Shown here: in pieces, positions 1 to 6,582 of the stretch
Position numbering within the stretch: position 1 is the first letter of the stretch
Layout: each line of letters begins with the position of its first letter
NCBI GenBank assembly: GCA_003133025.1
Contig: PKZK01000084.1
Span: 2,713 to 13,658 of the forward strand
Origin: Vulcanimicrobiota bacterium
GTDB lineage: Bacteria > Vulcanimicrobiota > Vulcanimicrobiia > Vulcanimicrobiales > Vulcanimicrobiaceae
DNA: 10,946 nt
Direction: 5' to 3'
Program-made: the position numbers and the translations under genes
Notes under the pieces: generated by a model
What the model was told of the DNA's origin: nothing
Database searches by the model: none
Seen by the model: only the letters and a program-made list of their open reading frames with translations

Positions 1-663
1 AAGCCCGGGACCGTCGTGCAATCGTGCGACCGGTGCAACGGTTCGGGCGTGGCGCGCAGCGTGCGGCAAACGCCGCTCGGCCAGTTCGTCACGCAGACCA
101 CCTGCGCGAAGTGCGGCGGTGAGGGCGAGATCACGCCCTCGCCCTGCGAGACGTGCCGCGGCCGCGGCCGCGTCGACCGTCCGCGCACCCTGACGATCAA
201 GGTGCCGCCCGGGGTCGACGACGGCAGCCGCATCCGTCTCTCCGGCAGCGGCGAAGCCGGCACGCGCGGCGGGCCGCCCGGCGATCTCTACGTGTATCTG
301 AGCATCGCGCAACACCAGCGCTTCCGGCGCGACGGCGCCGACCTCTTCGTCGAGGTGCCGATCGCCTTCACCCAAGCGGCGCTCGGCGGCATCGTCGAAA
401 TCGAAGCGCTCGACGGACACGCGGAGTTGACCGTGGTCGCGGGCACGCAGAGCGGTTCGAGTTATCGTTTGCGCGGCCGGGGCATGCCCAGCGTGCGCGG
501 CAACGGACGGGGCGATCTCATCGTGAGCGTGCATGTGGTGGTGCCGCAGAAACTCTCGCGCAAGGAGCGCGAGGTGCTCGAAGAGTTCGCCCTGCTCGGC
601 GGCGACCGCATCGACGAACGCTCGTTCTTCGACCGCGTGAAAGACGCGTTCAAGGTCGATTAG
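1..663 (+). CDS. dnaJ: Chaperone DnaJ, 5'-truncated by the window edge (zinc-finger and C-terminal domains)
   Basis: Frame 1 is open from base 1 (KPGTVVQS...). Three CxxCxGxG repeats (CDRCNGSG, CAKCGGEG, CETCRGRG), 'VPPGVDDGSRIRLSGSGEAG', 'GDLYV', 'RGRGMP...RGDLIV' and C-terminal 'SFFDRVKDAF'. TAG at 661-663. Confidence 0.97.
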   Translation, partial: KPGTVVQSCDRCNGSGVARSVRQTPLGQFVTQTTCAKCGGEGEITPSPCETCRGRGRVDRPRTLTIKVPPGVDDGSRIRLSGSGEAGTRGGPPGDLYVYLSIAQHQRFRRDGADLFVEVPIAFTQAALGGIVEIEALDGHAELTVVAGTQSGSSYRLRGRGMPSVRGNGRGDLIVSVHVVVPQKLSRKEREVLEEFALLGGDRIDERSFFDRVKDAFKVD

Positions 664-1396
664 CAGGCCACGTTTCTTCGTCGAAGGCGCCCACCTCGCG
701 GGTGCTTCCGTCGCACTCGGCGGAGAGGACGCACGTAAGCTCGTCGTCGTGTTGCGCAAACGCACGGGCGACGAGATCGAGATCTGCGACTCGGCAGGCC
801 GCACGTTTCTCGCAAAGCTGCGCGCCGAGAGCGACGGCGTGAGCGCGAGCCTCGAGAGCGAACTCGGCGCAACCCGTCCCCCCGCCATCGACATCGTGCT
901 CGCGCAGGGCGTGCCCAAGGGCGCGAAGATGGACTTCGTCGTCGAGAAGGCGACCGAACTCGGCGTGGGCCGAATCGTGCCGTTCGTGAGCGAACGCACG
1001 CAGGGCAGCGGCGCCGAACGCGCGGGCAAAGTGGAGCGCTGGCGCCGCGTGGCGCGCGCCGCCGCGCAGCAGTGCGGCCGCGCGGACGTGCCCGCCGTCG
1101 ACGCGCCGCTCGACTGGACCGAACTCTGCGCGCTCATGGGCGGCTTCGACCGGGCGCTCGTGCCCTGGGAACTCGCGCCGCGCCAAGCCTTGCGGGAAGT
1201 GCTCCCGGCCCTGCTCGCGGGCGCGCGCAGCGTGCTGATCGCGATCGGCCCCGAAGGCGGGCTCAGCCACGCCGAGGTCGAGCGCGCCGTCGCCGCGGGC
1301 GCCACGCCGGTCTCGCTCGGCAGCCGCATCCTGCGCACCGAGACGGCCGGGCTCGTCGCGTGCAGCGCAATCCTCTACGAGAGCGGAGACCTATGA
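659..1396 (+). CDS. rsmE: 16S rRNA m3U1498 methyltransferase RsmE; start probably ATT at 659 rather than GTG at 749
   Basis: Motifs 'KMDFVVEKATELGV', 'AAQQCGR', 'IGPEGGLS..E', 'SLGSRILRTETA'. The frame upstream of GTG749 encodes the family-typical N-terminus 'PRFFVEG...RKLVVVLR'. In-frame TGA at 638-640 and no ATG/GTG/TTG between 641 and 748. Product is confident; start codon is inferred. Confidence 0.93.
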   Translation: MSRPRFFVEGAHLAGASVALGGEDARKLVVVLRKRTGDEIEICDSAGRTFLAKLRAESDGVSASLESELGATRPPAIDIVLAQGVPKGAKMDFVVEKATELGVGRIVPFVSERTQGSGAERAGKVERWRRVARAAAQQCGRADVPAVDAPLDWTELCALMGGFDRALVPWELAPRQALREVLPALLAGARSVLIAIGPEGGLSHAEVERAVAAGATPVSLGSRILRTETAGLVACSAILYESGDL

Positions 1397-1424
1397 GGGC
1401 CTGCCGTATATGAAGAGGTTATGA
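1393..1424 (+). other. Two chained mini-ORFs (MRACRI* 1393-1413; MKRL* 1410-1424) linking rsmE to the GT2 gene through ATGA overlaps
   Basis: CTATGA GGGCCTGCCGTA TATGA AGAGGT TATGA: TATGA at 1392, 1409 and 1420, each ATG in frame with the next TGA. The pattern is seen directly; translation is unproven. Confidence 0.4.
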
Positions 1425-2215
1425 GTGACGGCCAGCCGGCGGGCTCCGCTGCGACGGCAGAAGCGCCACTGAAGTTCAGCATCGTCATCCCGACGTATAA
1501 CGAGGCGGGTGGGATCGAGCGTCTCATCGTGACGCTCTCCGACCTCTTGAAAGCGAACGGTCTCGACGGCGAACTGATCGTCGTCGACGACAACTCGCCC
1601 GACGGCACGGGCGCAATCGTCGATCGCCTCGCGGCCGATTATCCCGTGCGCTGCCTGCACCGCCCCGGCAAGATGGGGCTCTCGAGCGGCGTGATCGACG
1701 GCTGGAAGTTTGCGCGGCCCGATTCGCAGGCGCTCGGCGCGATCGACGCCGACTTCAGCCACGATCCGGCGGTGATTCCCAAGATGGTCGCGGCGTTGCA
1801 GAGCGGCGGTTACGGGCTTGCGATCGGTAGCCGTTACGTGCCCGGCGGCGGCATCAAGAATTGGCCGCTGCGCCGGCGCGTCACCTCGCTCGTCGCAATC
1901 GCGCTGGCCAAGCCCCTCACGCCGGTCAACGATATTACGAGCGGTTACTTCCTCGTGAAGCGCGATGCGTTGCAGGGCGTGGAGCTCGATCCGATCGGCT
2001 TCAAGATCGGACTCGAGGTCATCGCCAAGGCGCACTACGGGCGAGCCCTCGAAGTGCCCTACGTCTTTCAAGACCGCGCCGTCGGCCAATCGAAGTTGAA
2101 CTCGGGCGAGATCGCGAATTATCTCCGGCAACTCGGGCGCATCTACGCGCTGCGCTTGAAGCTCAAGCCCCCCGGCGGGGCCGCGGACTCCGCGGCCGGA
2201 AAGAAGATGGCCTGA
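1421..2215 (+). CDS. GT2 glycosyltransferase, polyprenol-monophosphomannose synthase (DPM1/Ppm1)-like
   Basis: 'SIVIPTYNE', 'VVDDNSPDGT', 'RPGKMGLSSG', DxD motif 'IDADFSHDP', 'IGSRYVPGGG', 'DITSGY', 'EVPYVFQDRAVGQSKL'. Confidence 0.92.
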   Translation: MSDGQPAGSAATAEAPLKFSIVIPTYNEAGGIERLIVTLSDLLKANGLDGELIVVDDNSPDGTGAIVDRLAADYPVRCLHRPGKMGLSSGVIDGWKFARPDSQALGAIDADFSHDPAVIPKMVAALQSGGYGLAIGSRYVPGGGIKNWPLRRRVTSLVAIALAKPLTPVNDITSGYFLVKRDALQGVELDPIGFKIGLEVIAKAHYGRALEVPYVFQDRAVGQSKLNSGEIANYLRQLGRIYALRLKLKPPGGAADSAAGKKMA

Positions 2216-3099
2216 TGCCGGCTCCCGAGTGGCTGCGTATTCGCCGCGACAAGGACGTCCCCGCCGAAGATGCGTCGCTGTGGGTAAAGTGCCCGAAGTG
2301 CAGCGAGATGCTCTATCGCAAAGACCTCGGCGACAATGCGTACGTCTGCATGCGCTGCGGCCATCATTTCCGGATGCACGCCTACGACCGCATCAATCTG
2401 CTGGTCGATTCCGACTTCGTCGAGATCGGGGATCACATCACGCCCGGCGATCCGCTGGGCTGGGTCGACCGCCGTCCGTATCCGCAGAAGCTCGAGGCCG
2501 ATCGCGAAAAGTCGAAATTGTCGGAGGCGATCGTCACGGGCTTTGCCACGCTCGAAGGCTTCCCGGTCGCGCTCGGCGTGATGGATTTCAACTTCCGCGG
2601 CGGCACCATGGGCACCGTCGTCGGCGAACGCGTGACGAACTTGCTCGAAGAGGCGCTGCGCCGGCGGCTGCCCTGCATCATCTTCACGGCCAGCGGCGGC
2701 GCGCGTATGGAAGAAGGCATGCTGGCCCTCATGCAGATGGCCAAGACGACGCAGGCCGTCGAGCGCTTCATGAGCGACGGTAATCTGTTCGTCACCGTGC
2801 TGACCGATCCGACCACGGGCGGCGTCTCGGCATCGTTTGCCTTCGAGTCCGACATCGTCATTGCGGAAGCGCGCGCCTCGATCGGTTTCGCCGGACGACG
2901 TGTGATCGAGCAGACGATCCGCCAGAAGCTGCCGGACAATTTCCAAACGGCGGAGTTTCTGCTGGAGAAGGGTCACGTCGACATGGTCGTCGACCGTCGG
3001 CAGATTCGCGACACGCTGGTGCGCGTGCTGGATTACGCGGTCGATCGCAAGCGTTTGGCGCCCGCGCTCAAGGCCGTTCCGGAGTTTGCCGGCGCATGA
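2215..3099 (+). CDS. accD: Acetyl-CoA carboxylase carboxyltransferase beta subunit
   Basis: ATG at 2215 in a TGATG overlap. Zinc finger 'LWVKCPKC...CMRCGHHFRM', 'MDFNFRGGTMG', 'SGGARMEEG...LMQMAKT', 'DPTTGGVSASFA', 'IGFAGRRVIEQTI', 'FQTAEFLLEKG'. The 1861 start in the ORF track is an off-frame extension. Confidence 0.97.
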   Translation: MPAPEWLRIRRDKDVPAEDASLWVKCPKCSEMLYRKDLGDNAYVCMRCGHHFRMHAYDRINLLVDSDFVEIGDHITPGDPLGWVDRRPYPQKLEADREKSKLSEAIVTGFATLEGFPVALGVMDFNFRGGTMGTVVGERVTNLLEEALRRRLPCIIFTASGGARMEEGMLALMQMAKTTQAVERFMSDGNLFVTVLTDPTTGGVSASFAFESDIVIAEARASIGFAGRRVIEQTIRQKLPDNFQTAEFLLEKGHVDMVVDRRQIRDTLVRVLDYAVDRKRLAPALKAVPEFAGA

Positions 3100-4061
3100 A
3101 CGTGATCGTGGAACGGGAGAAGAGCCTCTCCGCCCTCGAGTCGCGCATCGAGGCGTTGCGCGAGCGCGATGCGGGTAGCGATGAGGTCAAACAGCTCGAG
3201 AGCAAAGTCGAGCAGTTGCGCCGCGACATGTTCGGCAACCTCACGCCGTGGGAGCGCGTCAACATGGCGCGCCACCCCAAACGGCCGCTGTCGTCGGACT
3301 ACTTGGCTGCGCTCGATGCGTTCGACGAACTGCACGGCGACCGGCATTTTCGCGACGATCCCGCGCTCGTCGGCGGCTTCGCCAAGCTCCGCGGCCGTCG
3401 CGTGGTGGTCTTGGCGCAGATGAAGGGCCGCGACACGAAAGAAAACATTCGCAACAACTTCGGCATGGTCTCGCCCGAGGGGTATCGCAAAGCGAAGCGC
3501 CTCATGGAGTTGGCCTCGCGTTTTCGTCTGCCCATCGTCACCTTCGTGGATACGTCGGGCGCCGATCCGGGCTTGAGTTCCGAGGAGCGCGCGCAAGGCG
3601 AAGCGATCGCCGCCTGTTTGGTGACCTTGGCCAAAGTGGAAGTGCCGGTCGTGGCTTCGATCATCGGTGAAGGCGGCTCGGGCGGCGCGCTCGCGATCGG
3701 TTTGGCCGACCACGTGATCATGGCCGAGAATGCGGTCTATTCCGTCGCTTCGCCCGAAGGTTGCGCCGCAATCCTGTGGGGCGATGCCGCGCGCGCTCCG
3801 GAAGCCGCCGAACGCCTCAAGCTCACCGCGGCCGATCTCGAAGGCTTCGGTATCGTCGACGAGATCGTCGCCGAGCCGATCGGCGGCGCGCATCGCGACG
3901 GCGCGAGGTTCGTAGAGAAGATGCTCGATGCGGTCGACGGCGCGCTGCGCCTTCTCGAACCGCTCGCTCCCGACGCGCTTCGCGAAGCGCGCTACCAGAA
4001 ATACCGGCGCATCGGCGCTTGGCACGACGATGCCGCGACGCGGGCGGTCTCCGGCGCATGA
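3096..4061 (+). CDS. accA: Acetyl-CoA carboxylase carboxyltransferase alpha subunit
   Basis: ATGA overlap with accD. 'LTPWERVNMARHPKRP', 'ELHGDR', 'NFGMVSPEGYRKA', 'IGEGGSGGALA', 'YSVASPEGCAAILW', 'EPIGGAH', 'RYQKYRRIG'. Confidence 0.97.
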   Translation: MNVIVEREKSLSALESRIEALRERDAGSDEVKQLESKVEQLRRDMFGNLTPWERVNMARHPKRPLSSDYLAALDAFDELHGDRHFRDDPALVGGFAKLRGRRVVVLAQMKGRDTKENIRNNFGMVSPEGYRKAKRLMELASRFRLPIVTFVDTSGADPGLSSEERAQGEAIAACLVTLAKVEVPVVASIIGEGGSGGALAIGLADHVIMAENAVYSVASPEGCAAILWGDAARAPEAAERLKLTAADLEGFGIVDEIVAEPIGGAHRDGARFVEKMLDAVDGALRLLEPLAPDALREARYQKYRRIGAWHDDAATRAVSGA

Positions 4062-4381
4062 AGTCGCTTCCGCGCCTCGCCGCCCGGTTCAGCGTGTTCG
4101 CCGCGGTCGTCGCGGTGGGCTCGCTGGTCGCGGTGCAGTACGAGGGCATCGTGGTACGCTACATGACGCTCTCACACGAAGTCGATGCATCGCGCGCGCA
4201 GATCGCCGCGCTCCAGTCGAAGCTCGTCAAGCAGCGGAACGACGTGCGCCGTTTGCGCGATCCCAACGGCGCGATTCCGGAGATCCACGACCGGCTCAAA
4301 GAAGTCGGGCCGAACGAAGAGATCATCATCTTGCGGGGCGTGCCCTCGCCGGCACCCGGCGCGTGGGAGTCGTCGCGCTGA
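4058..4381 (+). CDS. Septum formation initiator family (DivIC/FtsB-like) bitopic membrane protein, 107 aa
   Basis: ATGA overlap with accA. Short basic N-terminus, one hydrophobic helix (FSVFAAVVAVGSLVAV), a coiled coil (EVDASRAQIAALQSKLVKQRNDVRRL), then 'DPNGAIPEIHDRLKEVGPNEEIII' resembling the DivIC 'dp..iE..AR..L....pgE' end. Lies before an S1 gene and ppx. Confidence 0.72.
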   Translation: MKSLPRLAARFSVFAAVVAVGSLVAVQYEGIVVRYMTLSHEVDASRAQIAALQSKLVKQRNDVRRLRDPNGAIPEIHDRLKEVGPNEEIIILRGVPSPAPGAWESSR

Positions 4382-4764
4382 GCGAGACCGTCTCGGGTCG
4401 CGTTATCAGTTTGCATCAGCTCGGCGCAACGGTGCGTCTCGAGGATGGGACGCTCGCCGCCGTGCCTGCGACGGAGGTCGCAGCGAACCGTCCGGCTTTT
4501 GTACGCAGCCTACAAAAGCGTGAAGCCCTCGAACTGATCGTGCGGCGTGAGGGCCGGCACGCGGTCGCCTTGCTTCCGCGCGGGGTGCCTGGTCCCGCGC
4601 CGGCGCCGCAATTGGTCGACTCGAGCTTCGAGGAGCGTATAACCGCTTATCTCAAATCGACCGAGGAGTGGGCCCCGCCCGACCGGCCCCAGCCGGCCGA
4701 ACGGCACTTCATTCGCAAGAAGCGCCGTGCCGCGTTCTTCGAGGCTCGAACCAAGCCCACGTAG
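4378..4764 (+). CDS. YabR/YugI-like S1-domain protein (divergent); start probably CTG 4378, alternative GTG 4363
   Basis: 'VSGRVISLHQLGATVRLEDGTLAAVPATEV' follows the S1 beta-strand pattern. 'SSFEERITAYLKSTEE' resembles the YabR C-terminal 'FE....FLK.SEE' motif. Basic tail; follows the divIC-like gene. GGAG at 4366-4369 is 8 nt before CTG. Confidence 0.7.
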   Translation: MSETVSGRVISLHQLGATVRLEDGTLAAVPATEVAANRPAFVRSLQKREALELIVRREGRHAVALLPRGVPGPAPAPQLVDSSFEERITAYLKSTEEWAPPDRPQPAERHFIRKKRRAAFFEARTKPT

Positions 4765-4767
4765 AAT
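4762..4767 (+). promoter_or_regulatory. Putative -10 box TAGAAT for a leaderless or short-leader rpiR transcript
   Basis: TAGAAT (5/6 match to TATAAT) ends 8 nt before ATG 4776. No SD-like purine run in the spacer (CTACACCC). No convincing -35. Confidence 0.45.
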
Positions 4768-4775
4768 CTACACCC

Positions 4776-5663
4776 ATGGCAACTACCGACATCAGCGATC
4801 TACGCGTGGAGCCGGTGAACGTACCCGGATGTTTCGTGCGCATCGAGGGTACGTACTCTTCTTTACGCACGGCGGAGCAACGCGTCGCCGACTTCATCCT
4901 CAAGTACGCGGAAGAGTTAATCTACTTAACCGTCACCGAACTCGCGGAGCGAACGCAAACCAGCGAGTCTACGGTCGTGCGTTTGTGCCAGAAGATAGGC
5001 TACAAAGGCTATCAGGAATTCAAGATCATGCTCGCCCGCGATCTCGTCGGCCCGACGGAGACCGTGTACCAGCAGATCGACCCGGGCGACTCGCTGGAGA
5101 AGCTCAAGGCTAAGATCTTCCAGGCCAACGCGCAAGCGCTCAAGGATACGATCGAGGTGCTCTCCGATGCCGAATTGGAGCGCGCCGTCGCGGCGCTCTC
5201 CAAAGCGCGTCGCGTGGAGATTTACGGGATCGGCGGTTCGGCGCCGCTCGCGCTCGATGCGTATCACAAGTTCATGAAGTTGGGCTTGTCGACGGTGTGG
5301 CTCAACGATAGCGATCTCATGGCGATGTCGTCGTCGCTGCTCTCGCCCGACGACGTGGTGTTGGGCATCAGCCACACCGGTGCGTCGCGCGATGTGTGCG
5401 ACGCGATGGAGATCGCGCAAAAGGCGGGTGCGACGACGATTTGCATCACGCACCAGGCCACCTCGCCGATCACCAAGGTGTCGCACGTAAAGCTGTTCAC
5501 GGCGGCCAAGGAAACGGCGTTCGGCTCCGATGCCACGTCGAGTCGCATCGCGCAGTTGACGATCATCGACACGCTCTATGCGGGCATCGCCAACCGCGAC
5601 TACGAGCACGCCTTCTCGCGCATCCAAAAGACGCGCGAGGCGTCGGCCGGCAAGCGGTATTAA
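4776..5663 (+). CDS. MurR/RpiR family transcriptional regulator (HTH + SIS domain), 295 aa
   Basis: 'AEQRVADFILK...LTVTELAERTQTSESTVVRLCQKIGYKGYQEFK' (RpiR HTH). 'IYGIGGS', 'DVVLGISHTG', 'SPITKVS', 'SSRIAQLTIIDTL' (SIS). ATG 4776 follows the upstream TAG by 11 nt. Confidence 0.95.
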   Translation: MATTDISDLRVEPVNVPGCFVRIEGTYSSLRTAEQRVADFILKYAEELIYLTVTELAERTQTSESTVVRLCQKIGYKGYQEFKIMLARDLVGPTETVYQQIDPGDSLEKLKAKIFQANAQALKDTIEVLSDAELERAVAALSKARRVEIYGIGGSAPLALDAYHKFMKLGLSTVWLNDSDLMAMSSSLLSPDDVVLGISHTGASRDVCDAMEIAQKAGATTICITHQATSPITKVSHVKLFTAAKETAFGSDATSSRIAQLTIIDTLYAGIANRDYEHAFSRIQKTREASAGKRY

Positions 5664-6582
5664 TTCGAGCAGTACGCGCGCGGTCGTCTCTCTGGGGACG
5701 AACACGACGCGTCTGCTCGTGGTCCGCGCGTTGCCCGGCGGGCGCGTGGAGCAACTGGAACACGGTGCGATCGGCACCAGGCTCGGCGAAGGCCTTCGCG
5801 ACGCCGGACCCCTCCATCCCGCCGGCCGCGCACGCACGCTCGATGCAGTTCGTCTCTTCGCCGAGCGCGTCCGGGCGCACGGCGCGCGCCCGTTTGCGAT
5901 CGCGACCAGCGCGATGCGCCGCGCGAGCGACGCTGCCGATTTTGCCGCGGAGGTCGCGGCCGCCGTGGGAGCGCCGCTCGAGGTGCTCGACGGTGCGGAA
6001 GAAGCGGCCTGCAGCTTTGCGGGCGCGACGGCAGGGGCGCCCCGCGACGGCGCGCGGCGCGCGGTGCTCGACATCGGCGGCGGCAGCACCGAATGCGCGA
6101 CGGGCCGCGACGGCGTGCTGGAGAACGCGCGCTCGATCGAGATCGGCTCGGTTCGCTTGACCGAGCGTTATCCGAATCTGGCCGGCGGGGCGCCCGGCGA
6201 GCCCGCGCGCCGGGCCGCTACTGCGGCACGGGAGATGCTGCGGACCGATCTGGCCTGGCTCCGCGGCTTCGCGCCGGTCGCCGAGGTGCGCGCCGTCGCC
6301 GGCACGCCGCTGACGCTCGCGGCGGTCGCCTTCGGCTCGTCGGTCGACCTCGTCTCGGGCCGGGCGCTCGCCCTGGCCGAGATCGATGCCCTGCTGCTGC
6401 GCATGCTCGACCTCGACCTCGACGGCCGTAAGGCGTTGCCCGGCATGCTGGCCCAGCGCGCCGACGTGTTGGCGGGCGGCGGGCTCATCTTATCCGAAGC
6501 ATTGCGTGCGCTCGGGGTAACGGAAACCCGTCTGGAATCCGATGACCTCTTGCTGGGCTTCCTGTTACGGCACGTGGGATGA
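5659..6582 (+). CDS. ppx: Ppx/GppA family phosphatase (short single-ASKHA-domain type); start probably ATT 5659
   Basis: 'RAVVSLGTNTTRLLV', 'TRLGEG', 'IATSAMRRASD', 'GAEEA', 'VLDIGGGSTE', 'IGSVRLTER', 'RADVLAGG'. Similarity begins just after the rpiR stop; ATG 5578 gives an 86-nt overlap with off-frame-looking residues. Confidence 0.88.
   Translation: MNSSSTRAVVSLGTNTTRLLVVRALPGGRVEQLEHGAIGTRLGEGLRDAGPLHPAGRARTLDAVRLFAERVRAHGARPFAIATSAMRRASDAADFAAEVAAAVGAPLEVLDGAEEAACSFAGATAGAPRDGARRAVLDIGGGSTECATGRDGVLENARSIEIGSVRLTERYPNLAGGAPGEPARRAATAAREMLRTDLAWLRGFAPVAEVRAVAGTPLTLAAVAFGSSVDLVSGRALALAEIDALLLRMLDLDLDGRKALPGMLAQRADVLAGGGLILSEALRALGVTETRLESDDLLLGFLLRHVG

Noticed and set aside
652..664. prfB-like +1 frameshift giving DnaJ-RsmE (and similarly RpiR-Ppx) fusions
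   Set aside because: The P-site codons GAT and TAT cannot re-pair on ATT in the +1 frame, and both upstream proteins end at family-typical C-termini.
650..6089. Long antisense and alternate-frame ORFs (e.g. 650-1270, 1391-2131, 2143-2976, 3033-4025, 4926-6089 on minus; 153-842 on plus)
   Set aside because: Shadow ORFs expected in high-GC coding DNA; Arg/Ala/Pro-rich, no motifs, fully overlapping recognisable genes.
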